In this document: positions 37,909 through 47,204 of the stretch, one piece after another
Layout: the number at the start of each line of letters is the position of its first letter
How positions within the stretch are numbered: position 1 is the stretch's first letter
Assembly (NCBI GenBank): GCA_034667725.1
Contig: JAXDQS010000007.1
Coordinates: 1 to 57,133 of the forward strand
Direction of reading: 5' to 3'
Source of the DNA: Thermoplasmata archaeon
Lineage (GTDB): Archaea; Thermoplasmatota; E2; JACPAO01; JAHFTW01
Length of the DNA stretch: 57,133 bases
Translations under genes and position numbers: made by a program
The notes under the pieces: generated by a model
What the model was told of the DNA's origin: nothing
Databases searched by the model: none
What the model saw: only the letters and a program-made list of their open reading frames with translations

Positions 37909-38844
37909 TCACTTCGAACGCTTGCGGCCCGTGGAATCCGCGGCCCGTTTTGAGGACGTTCCCTTCTTGCCGGAGCTGGCCGACGACTTGGTGTGCGTCG
38001 TGGTGGTCGTGGTGCGGCTGAAGGTCTCGACATGGTGGCCCGCGGCCTCGCCGGGGTCCCAGCCCTCGGAGGAGGACGGCATGGAGGCCGGCAGCGAAGA
38101 CTCCACCGACACGGCGCGGAACGACTGGGTCGCCGGAGTGGGCGTGGGCGTCGGCGCTTCGACGGGGACCGCGGTCTCCGGGCCGGTCTCGGCGGGCGCC
38201 GCCGACTCCGCACGCTTGCGGCCGAACAGGCCGAAGCGGCGCTTGGGGGCCGCCTCGCCGTTGCTGGGAGCAGCGGCTTCGGTCCCTTCCGCCAGCGGAG
38301 CCTCGGGCTCGGGCTCGGCGGGCGTGCGGCCGATGGCCTGGTCGACGAGGCCCTCGTGGAACGGGCGCTCCTCGATGCGCTGTCCGCGGCGCTGCGTGAT
38401 GGTGAGCGTGGGGTTCGGGCCGTCGTAGATCCGGACCTCGTTGCCCTGCTCCGTCGTGTAGAGGGTGCGGGAGCGGGTGCCGGGCGGGTTCAGGTTGGCG
38501 CGCGACGGGCGGCCAGCGAACGCGGGGTCGGGGCGGCCGAGGCTGTCGATGCGGCTCCGGATGTCCTCGATGTCGCCGCGCGGGCGGACGGGCTCGCGCA
38601 GGGAGGAGGGTGCGAAGGCGCGGGCTTCGGGCTCGGCGGCGGCCGCGCCGGGCTCGGGTCGGCTGGGCTCGCTGCCCTCGAACACGATGTGCTTCTTGGG
38701 GCCGGGCTCGGTCACGAGCTCGATCGGGCTCGGGTCGAGCGAGGCCGGCTCTTGGGCGGGCTGGACCTCGGCGGGCGCGGGGGCGTCGTTGTCGATCTCG
38801 AACGCGGCTTCGGCGGCGGGTTCGTCGGAGCGGTTGCGGGCCAT
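37909..38844 (-). CDS. low-complexity acidic/Pro-rich hypothetical protein
   Basis: ATG start, host-like GC3, divergent from dtdA across a TTATA box. Confidence 0.6.
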   Translation of the reverse strand: MARNRSDEPAAEAAFEIDNDAPAPAEVQPAQEPASLDPSPIELVTEPGPKKHIVFEGSEPSRPEPGAAAAEPEARAFAPSSLREPVRPRGDIEDIRSRIDSLGRPDPAFAGRPSRANLNPPGTRSRTLYTTEQGNEVRIYDGPNPTLTITQRRGQRIEERPFHEGLVDQAIGRTPAEPEPEAPLAEGTEAAAPSNGEAAPKRRFGLFGRKRAESAAPAETGPETAVPVEAPTPTPTPATQSFRAVSVESSLPASMPSSSEGWDPGEAAGHHVETFSRTTTTTTHTKSSASSGKKGTSSKRAADSTGRKRSK

Positions 38845-38900
38845 GGCAGGGCTTCGAAAGGAGGCTCGGTTTATACGTTGTCGTGGCCCCTGGTCTGGCC

Positions 38901-39725
38901 GTGCGCGTGCTGGTCTGCAACCGTGGCGACCCTGCCAGCGTCAACCTGCGCGACCGCATCCTGGAGACCGGCGACTGGGAGGTGACGAACCGGCGCTTCC
39001 GCCACGCCATCGTGTGGTCCCAGAGCGAGGCCATCCTGGTGGAGGTCGAAGGCCCCACCGTCACGGACGAGCAGTTGGACGCGGACCTGCGGGGCCTCCA
39101 TCTTCCCCTGCGCGACGTCTGGTTCCTCTCCAAGCACGCCGCCCAGTCCGGCACCCCGAGCCTGACCGTCCACCCGATCGGCAACTGGGGCGACGAGGCC
39201 CGCTTCGGCGGCGCGCCCCGCACCCTCTCGCCCGCCGCCGCCCGCGACATGGGCGCGCTCTTGCGCCGCGTCCGCCAGCGTGCCCAGGAGGCCGGCCTGC
39301 CGCACGAAGTCACTTACGAGGCGACCCACCACGGCCCGCGCATGAGCCTGCCCAGCCTGTTCCTGGAGATCGGGTCGAGCCCGGACGCCTACGCCGACGT
39401 GCCCACCGCCCGCGCCATGGCGACGGCCGTGTGCGACGTGCTGCGCGGCGAAGGCAAAAGCGTCGGGCCGGTGCTGGTCGGCGCCGGCGGCGGCCACTAC
39501 GCGCCGCGCGCCACCGACGTGGCCCTCGCCGGCGACGCCGACTTCGGCCACCTGCTGCCGACGCACGCGCTCGAGGCCGGCGACCCGCTGGATTTGCTGC
39601 GCCGCGCCGTGGCCGCGACGCCGGAGTGCGCGGGCGTCCACCTGCACCGCAAGGCGATGAAGGGCGAGCTGCGCGCCCGTGTGCTGGCCGCGTGCGCCGA
39701 GCTTGGCGTCGAGCCGTGGAACTAG
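38901..39725 (+). CDS. dtdA: D-aminoacyl-tRNA deacylase (archaeal DTD2/GEK1 type)
   Basis: DPASVN, FLSKH...SLTVHPIGN, YEATHHGP, EIGS, GGGHYAP. Confidence 0.92.
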   Translation: MRVLVCNRGDPASVNLRDRILETGDWEVTNRRFRHAIVWSQSEAILVEVEGPTVTDEQLDADLRGLHLPLRDVWFLSKHAAQSGTPSLTVHPIGNWGDEARFGGAPRTLSPAAARDMGALLRRVRQRAQEAGLPHEVTYEATHHGPRMSLPSLFLEIGSSPDAYADVPTARAMATAVCDVLRGEGKSVGPVLVGAGGGHYAPRATDVALAGDADFGHLLPTHALEAGDPLDLLRRAVAATPECAGVHLHRKAMKGELRARVLAACAELGVEPWN

Positions 39726-40510
39726 GCCGCCGGCAGCCGGCCGCGCGGATACGCCTGCACCGTGCCGGCCACGAACCGGCCTCCTTCCCAGTGGCGCTGC
39801 TCGACGGCGATGCGCTGCTGGTCGGCGTGCACCAGGTTGTAGCTGTTCGGGGCGCCGCGCATCCGCCGGCTCACCGCCGTGCCCGCCTGCACCACGACGA
39901 GGCGGTGCGGCCCGCCGACCGCGAACGCCCGCGTCTCGCTGTGGCCCGGGACGTGATGGTGGCCCGCCAGCACCACGTCGACGCCGGCCGCCTCCATCGC
40001 GGTGATGCCGCGCTCGCGGCCGCGCACCAGCGAGTGGCCGCCGGCCGCCCCCGCGAACGGGTGGTGCGCGACCACGACGCGCAGCCGGTCGCCGGCGGCC
40101 GCGGCCCAAGCACCCACGAGCACGAGGTGGCGGGCGCGCACGGCGCCGCCCTTCCACATCGTCGGCTCGACGGTGTTGAGGCCGAGCACCGCGACCTCGC
40201 CGTCGGCGTAGGTCGGCTCCATGTCGGCGGCGAACAGGCGCTGGTAGCGCTCGAACGGGCGCAGCAGCCGGCGCGGCAGGTCCAGGAGCGGGATGTCGTG
40301 GTTGCCGGGCACGACCAAGGTCGGCATCGGGAGGGCGCGCAGGAAGCGGGCGGCGGCCGCGAACTGGTCCGGCTTGGCGCGCTGGGTGAGGTCGCCGCTC
40401 ACGGCCACCAGGTCGGCGCGCATCCGCTCCAGGTCGTGCGCGAGGCCGGCGACCACCTCCGGGTCCTCGCGGCCGAAGTGCAGGTCGGAGACGTGCGCGA
40501 TGCGCCGCAT
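39722..40510 (-). CDS. calcineurin-like metallophosphoesterase
   Basis: SDLHFG, SGDLT, PGNHD, HHP, GHHH. Confidence 0.9.
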   Translation of the reverse strand: MRRIAHVSDLHFGREDPEVVAGLAHDLERMRADLVAVSGDLTQRAKPDQFAAAARFLRALPMPTLVVPGNHDIPLLDLPRRLLRPFERYQRLFAADMEPTYADGEVAVLGLNTVEPTMWKGGAVRARHLVLVGAWAAAAGDRLRVVVAHHPFAGAAGGHSLVRGRERGITAMEAAGVDVVLAGHHHVPGHSETRAFAVGGPHRLVVVQAGTAVSRRMRGAPNSYNLVHADQQRIAVEQRHWEGGRFVAGTVQAYPRGRLPAA

Positions 40511-41403
40511 CAGGCTGCCTCCGGGCCAAGCAGCCGGAGGGCGCCTGGCCAGCTCTCGAAAGCCAGCGGCGGCCGCAGCCGGACGACCTCGCCGTCGAGC
40601 GCGACCCGCACCAGGGCGCGAGGGCTTTGCAGCACGACGGTGCGCGCCTCCTCGGCCCTGAAGTCGCGGGCGGCGTCCAGCCGGCCCAGCGCCGCGCGGA
40701 CCCCGAGCCCCAGGATGGCGGCGCGGCCCGGGCGGGCGACGTGGTACACGCCCAGGCGGCCGCCGGTGAGCGAGGCGCGGTGGCCCAGCCGCCCGAAGCT
40801 GGTCTCGTAGGCGTTGTTGCCGACCATCACGAACGACGTGGTGCGCTGCACCGGCCGGCCGTCCACGGACATGACGAGCCGGTGCGCGGGCATCCGGCGC
40901 AGCACCGCCCAGGCCGCGCGCGCCATCGCCAGGCGCTTCGAGTGGCCGGGGACGCGGCGCTGGTCGCGCTCCACCACGGCGCGCGGGTACACGCCGATCG
41001 AGGCGTTGTTGACGAAGACGCGGCCGTTGACGCGGGCCACGTCCACGGGGCGGGGCTGGCCGGCCGCCGCGATGGCCGCCGCGGCCTCCAGGTCCTTCGG
41101 GACCTTGGCGTCGCGGGCAAAGTGGTTGAGCGTGCCCAGCGGCAGCACCGCCATCGGCGTGTCGGTGCCCGCGAGGGCGGAGGCGACGGCGTTCACGGTC
41201 CCGTCGCCGCCGGCCGCGACCACGGCGTCGGGGCGCTCGGCAAGGGCGGCGCGCGCGGCCACCTCCAGTCCGGCCCCCACCACGCAGCGGACCTGGGGGA
41301 GGACGCCGGTCGGGCGGAACGCGGCCTCGATGGCCCGCACCCGGTCGGGCGGCAACGCGCCGAAGCCGGAGCCGCAGTTGGCAAGGACCACGACGCGCGG
41401 CAC
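40510..41403 (-). CDS. diacylglycerol/lipid kinase (DAGK/YegS family)
   Basis: NCGSG, AGGDGTVN, LPLGTLNHFARD, FVNNASIG, VGNN, LDGE. Confidence 0.9.
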   Translation of the reverse strand: MPRVVVLANCGSGFGALPPDRVRAIEAAFRPTGVLPQVRCVVGAGLEVAARAALAERPDAVVAAGGDGTVNAVASALAGTDTPMAVLPLGTLNHFARDAKVPKDLEAAAAIAAAGQPRPVDVARVNGRVFVNNASIGVYPRAVVERDQRRVPGHSKRLAMARAAWAVLRRMPAHRLVMSVDGRPVQRTTSFVMVGNNAYETSFGRLGHRASLTGGRLGVYHVARPGRAAILGLGVRAALGRLDAARDFRAEEARTVVLQSPRALVRVALDGEVVRLRPPLAFESWPGALRLLGPEAA

Positions 41404-41427
41404 AGCAGGGCATCGCGTCGCTTCGCG

Positions 41428-42138
41428 TTAAGGCGATCGCCGGCGGCTGCGGGCGAGGGCGGGCAGCGACATCGACAGGCCGCCGACGGCGAGGCCGAGG
41501 CCGGTGCCGGCCACCACGTCGCTGAGGTAGTGGACGCCCAGCAGCACCCGGCTGCCGCAGACCAGCAGCATCCAGCCGGCGGCGCCGGCGGTGGCGGCCA
41601 GCACGACGCGGCGGCGCGGGTCCTCCGCGACCAGCCAGACCGCGAAGAAGCCCACCAAGGCGGCGAGGGTGGCGTGGCCGCTGGGGAAGCTCAGGCCGGC
41701 GGCGGCCGCGAGCGGGTCGTCGGGGCGCGGGCGGGCGATCCAGAGCTTGAGGCCTGAGATGGCGGCTTGGGCCAGCACGACCGCGACGACGAGGGCGGCG
41801 GGGCCAGGCCGCTGGCGCCGCCACAGCACGTAGGCGACCCCCAGGAGGACGGGGCCCACGATGGTGAGGCTGCCCACGATCGCGACAACCCCCATCGCCG
41901 CCACCACCGTCGGCGTCGCGAAGCCATGCGTCCAGGCGCCCACGGCCGCGTCGCCCGGGGCGCGGCCGCCGCCGTCCACCACCGCGCCGAGCGCCAGCAG
42001 GAACAGGCCGCCGCCGCCGACGCCCGCGATGAGCGAGCCGGCCTGGCGGCGCGTCAGCTCGCGCCCCCGCGCCGTGCGCATCGCGGCCAGCAGGCCGGCG
42101 AGAGCCGCGACGGCGGCAAGCGGGAGCCAGAAGGTCAC
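41428..42138 (-). CDS. PAP2 family lipid phosphatase
   Basis: KxxxxRPRP, SFPSGH, SRVLLGVHYLSDV. Confidence 0.9.
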   Translation of the reverse strand: MTFWLPLAAVAALAGLLAAMRTARGRELTRRQAGSLIAGVGGGGLFLLALGAVVDGGGRAPGDAAVGAWTHGFATPTVVAAMGVVAIVGSLTIVGPVLLGVAYVLWRRQRPGPAALVVAVVLAQAAISGLKLWIARPRPDDPLAAAAGLSFPSGHATLAALVGFFAVWLVAEDPRRRVVLAATAGAAGWMLLVCGSRVLLGVHYLSDVVAGTGLGLAVGGLSMSLPALARSRRRSP

Positions 42139-42707
42139 GCCGCGGCCCTCCGCAGCAGCCCGCGCAGCACCTCGACGGGCTGGGCGCCGGAGACGGCGAA
42201 GGCGCGGTCCACGACGAAGAACGGCACGCCGCGCACACCCAGTCCATGGGCCTCCGCCTCGTCGGCGCGCACCTGCCCGGCGAACGCGTCGGAGGCCAGC
42301 AGGCCCGCCGCGCCGTCGGCGAGCCCGGCCAGCACTTCGCGGTCCCCGAGGTCGAGCCCGCGCACGAAGTGGGCCTCGAACAGGGTCGCCAGCATCTGGG
42401 GGCCGCCCCAGAGCGCCAAGCGGTGCGCGTCGAAGGTGTTGGCCGCGATGGCCTGCTCGGGCCGTAGGGTCAGGCCGTCGGCCGCCGCCACCGCGCGGAC
42501 GTGGGCCATCATGCCGTCCGCGGCGGGGCCGTGTTTCTTGCGCAGCATGGCGGACGACGGCTCGCTGGCGGTGCGCCCGGGGTCGAGCTCGAACGCCCGG
42601 TGGACGATCTCGGCCTGGACGCCTTCCAGCCGGATGGCCTCGCGCAGCCGGTGGTGGCCAAGGGCGCACCACGGGCACACGACGTCGGCCCAGACCTCGA
42701 CGCGCAC
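42135..42707 (-). CDS. DsbA/FrnE family oxidoreductase
   Basis: DVVCPWC, NTFDAHRL, GVPFF, SGAQP. Confidence 0.9.
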   Translation of the reverse strand: MRVEVWADVVCPWCALGHHRLREAIRLEGVQAEIVHRAFELDPGRTASEPSSAMLRKKHGPAADGMMAHVRAVAAADGLTLRPEQAIAANTFDAHRLALWGGPQMLATLFEAHFVRGLDLGDREVLAGLADGAAGLLASDAFAGQVRADEAEAHGLGVRGVPFFVVDRAFAVSGAQPVEVLRGLLRRAAA

Positions 42708-42787
42708 GCCCGCCGGATGCGGCCGGGGGTCAAGGAAGCATTGCCGGCGCCTGCACCTTCAACCTGCCCGCACGATGACCGAGCGGC

Positions 42788-43135
42788 ATGGCCTCCCAAC
42801 GCAGCGCCCAGCCCCAGACCCACGCCTTCGCAGGCAAGACCCTCCGCTGGACGTTCGAGGACGGCCCCACGGCGGGCACCACCTTCGAGCACAGCTTCGG
42901 CGCCGACGGCGGGGTCGCGTTCCGGGTCGCGGGCAAGGACGGCCCGTGGACCAAGGCCAAGGAGTTCGGGGTCGCGCAGGTCGCGGAGGACGTCTGGGTC
43001 GTGTCCTACCTCGCGCCGGAGTCGGGCTACACGCTGACGGTCGCGCTCAACATGCGCGAGGGCACCATGGCGGGCTTCGCGTCGGACGGCAAGCAGTGGT
43101 TCCAGCAGACGGGCGCCTTCGACATGGTGGCGTGA
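42788..43135 (+). CDS. MoaF-N/phenolic acid decarboxylase-like beta-barrel protein
   Basis: GKTLRWTF.DGP, VSYL...GYTLTV pattern. Confidence 0.55.
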   Translation: MASQRSAQPQTHAFAGKTLRWTFEDGPTAGTTFEHSFGADGGVAFRVAGKDGPWTKAKEFGVAQVAEDVWVVSYLAPESGYTLTVALNMREGTMAGFASDGKQWFQQTGAFDMVA

Positions 43136-43166
43136 CCCTCAAGACCGGGCCCGGGCTGGAGCCCGC

Positions 43167-43754
43167 GTGGGCAACAACGAGCTGACCGGCATCCTGTCGG
43201 GCACGGGCGCCAAGATGAAGGGCGAGGTCCTGGACGACCACGTCGTGTTCCGCGGCGCCGTCAAGGCGGAGGTGCCGTTCGAGGAGATCGTCGCGGAGGC
43301 CCGCGGCACGCTTTTGGTGCTGTCGTTCCGCGGCCACGTCGTCGAGCTTGGCGCCGGCGCCCGCGCCAGCGCGCTGGCCTCCAAGGTCCGCAGCCCGCCC
43401 AGCCGGCTCGACCGCATGGGCGTCCAGCACGGCGCCTCGGCCGCGGTCGCCGGCCCCGTGGACGCCGGCTTCCGCCGCGAACTGGAGGGCCGCGCCGTCG
43501 TGGCCGCGGGCCCGCCGCGCTCGCCAGTGGACCTGCTGGTGTTCGCCGTCGAGGCGAAGGAGCAGCTGGCGCCGCTTGCGAAGCTCGCGCCGCTGGTGGC
43601 GCCGGGCGGGTCGCTCTGGGTTGTTTACCCGAAGGCGGCCGTCCCGGAGTCCCAGGTCGCCGCGGCGGCGAAGCAGGCAGGCTTGGCGGCAGGGGCCAGC
43701 GTGCGCTTCTCGGAGACGCACGCCGCCGTGCGGCTCACGCCTCGGCCGTCGTGA
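43167..43754 (+). CDS. DUF3052-like hypothetical protein
   Basis: PPSRLDRMGV, GSLWVVYPK, AGL...FSETH. Confidence 0.6.
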   Translation: MGNNELTGILSGTGAKMKGEVLDDHVVFRGAVKAEVPFEEIVAEARGTLLVLSFRGHVVELGAGARASALASKVRSPPSRLDRMGVQHGASAAVAGPVDAGFRRELEGRAVVAAGPPRSPVDLLVFAVEAKEQLAPLAKLAPLVAPGGSLWVVYPKAAVPESQVAAAAKQAGLAAGASVRFSETHAAVRLTPRPS

Positions 43755-44385
43755 CGCCCTTGCGCGGCTCCGGGCGCTCGTGGCCGGCGCGGCGGGCAGC
43801 CGTGTCCTGGCCGTGCTCCTTCAGGGTGCCGTCGCGCACCAGCTTCATCGCGTGGCTCCACTGGAGAAGCTGGTCGAGCATGGTGTGGAGCGTCTTCTCG
43901 TGGCGCGGCTCCGGCTTGAAGACCTTGTAGTCCTGGAAGTCGGTGGCCAGCGACAGCGCGACCTGGGTGCGCACGGTGGCGACCTGGAGCTCGGCCATCG
44001 TGATGCGCAGCGACTCCACCGCGCGGCTGCCCATGAGGCTCCCGTAGCCGACGAAGCCGGCGGCCTTGTTGTTCCACTCCTGGTAGAGGAAGTCGAGGGC
44101 GTTCTTCAGCGCCGCCGAGGTGCCGTGGTTGTACTCCGGCGTCACGAACACGAAGCCGTCGAACGGCGCGATCTTGGCCGCCCATTTCTTGGTGTGCTCG
44201 TTCTGGTACTTGCCCTGCGACGGCGGGATCGGCTCGTCCAGCAACGGCAGGCCTTGGTCCACGAGGTCGATGAGCTCGAACTCGGCGTCGGTGCGCTTGC
44301 GGGCGGCCTCGAACACCCACTTGCCGACGGCCTCCCCGTTGCGGCCAGGGCGGGTGCTTCCGATGATGACGGCGATGCGCAGCAT
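43735..44385 (-). CDS. NADPH-dependent FMN reductase
   Basis: IIGSTRPGR, TPEYNHG..AALKNALD, EWNNK. Confidence 0.92.
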   Translation of the reverse strand: MLRIAVIIGSTRPGRNGEAVGKWVFEAARKRTDAEFELIDLVDQGLPLLDEPIPPSQGKYQNEHTKKWAAKIAPFDGFVFVTPEYNHGTSAALKNALDFLYQEWNNKAAGFVGYGSLMGSRAVESLRITMAELQVATVRTQVALSLATDFQDYKVFKPEPRHEKTLHTMLDQLLQWSHAMKLVRDGTLKEHGQDTAARRAGHERPEPRKGVTTAEA

Positions 44386-44498
44386 ACGGCCCCCACCCGG
44401 GTGCCCCGCGTGAACCTCCCCATTGCGGCAGGCCGCGCCGCCGAGGCTCGTCCCTCAAGGCTTGTGGGCGGGCCGAGCGTTTCCTGCGAGCGACCGCC

Positions 44499-45215
44499 AT
44501 GCGCCTTCCCGCCTTCCTTCGCGTCATGCTCCTGCTTGCCAGCCTCGTCCTCGCCGTGCCCGCCAGCGGCCAGACCGAGCCGCCCGAGCTGTGCGCGCCG
44601 GCCGGCTTCGCCGCCGAGCCCCTGGGCGTCGTCGTCCACCTCACCTGGACCGAGACCGTGGGCGCCACCGCCTACCACATCTACAAGATGGAGGCCGGCA
44701 GCGACGAGGAGTTCGCCTTGGCCATCAGCATGGACGCGCCCGCCAACGAGACCTTCGACACCCAGGTCGAGGGCGGCGTCACCTACCTGTACGCCGCCGT
44801 GGCCGTGGTCGGCGGCGTCGAGACCCAGCCGTGCGTCGTCGTCGAGGCGACCGCCAACAGCGCCCCGTGCGCCCCCGCGTTGAGCGCCATCGCCGGCGAC
44901 GGGCCCCGCGTCGACCTGCAGTGGACGGCGGTCGCCATCGCGGACAGCTACAACGTCTACCGCGCCGAGGGCGACAGCGACGAGATGGAGCTCATCGGAA
45001 CCACCGACGCGAGCACCCAAGCCTTCACCGACACCGACGTGGAGGCCGGGCTGGTCTACCGCTACGCCGTGACGATGGTCGAGGGCGGCAGGGAGCGCTC
45101 GCCCTGCAACGCCGTCGAGGTGACCACGATCCCCAGCTTCCCGACGGCGTTCGGCCTGCTGGCGGCGGCCGGGCTCGGGGTCGGGGCGTACGCGGTGATG
45201 CGGCGGAAGCGCTAG
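44499..45215 (+). CDS. secreted tandem fibronectin type III protein with PEF-CTERM-like tail
   Basis: Signal peptide; two FN3 repeats (LTW...YHIYK / LQW...YNVYR, D..V..G..Y.YAV); IPSFPT, TM, RRKR. Confidence 0.8.
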   Translation: MRLPAFLRVMLLLASLVLAVPASGQTEPPELCAPAGFAAEPLGVVVHLTWTETVGATAYHIYKMEAGSDEEFALAISMDAPANETFDTQVEGGVTYLYAAVAVVGGVETQPCVVVEATANSAPCAPALSAIAGDGPRVDLQWTAVAIADSYNVYRAEGDSDEMELIGTTDASTQAFTDTDVEAGLVYRYAVTMVEGGRERSPCNAVEVTTIPSFPTAFGLLAAAGLGVGAYAVMRRKR

Positions 45216-45590
45216 TCACTTCTGGGCGGCCTGGTGGCCCTTCGCGGTCTTCCGGACCTTCAGGCGGGGCAGCCCATCCAGGACCTTGTGCAGCGGCGTG
45301 CTCTTGGCGAAGCCGAAGGTGGCCGCGCGATGCTTGGTCGGGATGCGCTCCCCCAAGGCCTGGACGGCGACCCAGCCCTCGTCGTGCTGGCCGGCGCTAA
45401 TGGCGGCATCCAACGCCCCCAGGACGATGGCCTGGAAACCGTCGGCGTCTTTGGATGGAGCTTTGCCGGGCGGGTCGATCAGCTCGACATGGCCGCCTTG
45501 CCGCCGCAGCCGGCTGGCCAACGGCTGGAAGTCGGAGTCGCCCGACACGATGCAGAACGCCCGGTAGCCCGCGCCGTGCAGGAGGTCCAT
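45216..45590 (-). pseudogene. N-terminally truncated NYN-domain (PIN-like) / OST-HTH gene
   Basis: AMDLLH...IVSGDSDFQPLA.RLR..G is the C-half of NYN; GWV...LG LOTUS-like tail; the N-terminal catalytic segment is missing and the VOC gene sits in its place. Confidence 0.65.
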
Positions 45591-45613
45591 CGCCCGGACC
45601 TGCCCACGGCGGC

Positions 45614-46027
45614 TTACTTCGGCGCCCAGAACCCGACCGGCACGCCGCCGGGGGCCTTGACGACGGCGATCCAGCCCATGCCGCCGGGAACCTGGTCGGG
45701 CGGCATCATCTCGGTGGCGCCCGCCTTGATGGCCTTGGCGTAGGCGGCCTTGATGTCCGGGACCTCGCAGTAGGGCGTCGAGCCGCCGGGCTCGCCCTTG
45801 TTGGTGTTGCGGATGCCGCCGCCGACGTTGTCGCCGAAGCTCCACATGTGGTAGTCGCCGGCCGGGGTCGGCATCGACGGCATGAAGCTCCAGCCGAGCG
45901 CCTGTTCGCACCACTTGCGGGTCGCGGCGGGGTCGCTGCTGGCCAGTTCCGTGTGCGACACGAAGCCCGGACGAATCTTGCGGTCGGAGGGCGTCGATAC
46001 CTGGGGTTGGGTGGTGTTGGAGGCCAT
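45614..46027 (-). CDS. VOC/glyoxalase family protein, paralog of 17171-17641
   Basis: RKIRPGF.SHTEL.SSDPAAT and EVPDIKA shared with the first copy. Confidence 0.88.
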   Translation of the reverse strand: MASNTTQPQVSTPSDRKIRPGFVSHTELASSDPAATRKWCEQALGWSFMPSMPTPAGDYHMWSFGDNVGGGIRNTNKGEPGGSTPYCEVPDIKAAYAKAIKAGATEMMPPDQVPGGMGWIAVVKAPGGVPVGFWAPK

Positions 46028-46179
46028 GCGCGATGCACCTGCCGGACCAGCCGGCAGCCAAGAACGCCGGGTGGCCTAGAGAAGGCCTTGCGGGGCGGCA
46101 ATGGAAGCTCGGGCGGCCTTCCAGGAAAGCAAGCGCCAGCACCGCAACGGTTTTTCCAGGAGGACGCAACCCCCCGTCC

Positions 46180-47058
46180 ATGCGTGGCGGCTTCCGCACC
46201 CTCGTCCTGTTCGGCGTGCTCACCGTGCTCATGATGGGCGCGGGCTGGGTGGCCTCGGGCTACGGCCTCGTCTCCGGCGACCCCTGGACGGCGACGTTGA
46301 TCTTCGCGGTGCTCGCGGGCGCCCTGAACTTCATCATGTACTTCGCGAGCCACAAGTTCGTCCTCTGGTCCTACAAGGCCAAGGTCGTGACGGCCGCGGA
46401 CGAGCCCCGCCTGCACCGCATCGTCGCCAAGGTCGCCGCCAAGGCCGGCCTCCCCATGCCGACCGTCGCCGTCATCCCGATGGACGTCCCCAACGCCTTC
46501 GCCACCGGACCCAGCCCCAAGAAGGCCGTCGTCGCCGCCACCCGCGGCATCATGGCCATGCTGGACGACGACGAGCTGGAAGGCGTCATGGCCCACGAGA
46601 TCGGCCACGTCCGCAACCGCGACATGCTCATCATGACGGTGGCCGCCACCGTCGCCGGCGCCATCACCTTCGCCGCCCGCATGCTGTTCTGGAACGCGCT
46701 GTTCGGCGGCAACGGCAACAACCGCAACCCGCTCTCCATCGTCGTCGGCATCCTGTTCATGATCCTCGCCCCCGTCGCGGCCCTCGTCGTGCAGCTCGCC
46801 ATCAGCCGCCGCCGCGAGTTCGAGGCCGACAAGGCCGGCGCCGAGATCTCCGGCAAGCCGCTCGCCCTCGCCTCCGCCCTGCGGAAGATGGAGCACTGGT
46901 CGCAGCGCGCGCCCCTCGACGACCGCGCCGCCCCCAGCGCCACCGCGAGCCTGTTCATCGTCAACCCGTTCAGCGGCAAGGGCATGGCGGCGATGTTCCG
47001 CACCCACCCGCGCACCGAGGACCGCATCGCGCGGCTCGAGAAGATGGCACAGGCCTGA
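46180..47058 (+). CDS. htpX: zinc metalloprotease HtpX (M48B)
   Basis: PNAFATG, HEIGH, ISRRREFEAD, LASALRK, THP...RI. Confidence 0.93.
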   Translation: MRGGFRTLVLFGVLTVLMMGAGWVASGYGLVSGDPWTATLIFAVLAGALNFIMYFASHKFVLWSYKAKVVTAADEPRLHRIVAKVAAKAGLPMPTVAVIPMDVPNAFATGPSPKKAVVAATRGIMAMLDDDELEGVMAHEIGHVRNRDMLIMTVAATVAGAITFAARMLFWNALFGGNGNNRNPLSIVVGILFMILAPVAALVVQLAISRRREFEADKAGAEISGKPLALASALRKMEHWSQRAPLDDRAAPSATASLFIVNPFSGKGMAAMFRTHPRTEDRIARLEKMAQA

Positions 47059-47077
47059 CGGCGCTCGCCTCTTCTGC

Positions 47078-47130
47078 ACCACGGATTTCACGGAACGACG
47101 ACATTCCGTGGAATCCGTGCGATCCGTGGT
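47078..47130. repeat. palindromic element, CACGGA variant of the CACAGA family
   Basis: accacggatttcacggaa-N8-ttccgtggaatccgtgcgatccgtggt. Confidence 0.7.
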
Positions 47131-47204
47131 TGGGCACGCGGCAGCGTTGACCGCTCCATCCCCGGCCCCGCACGCCTTATGACGCCCCAGCCGACGCCCC
47201 GCGC

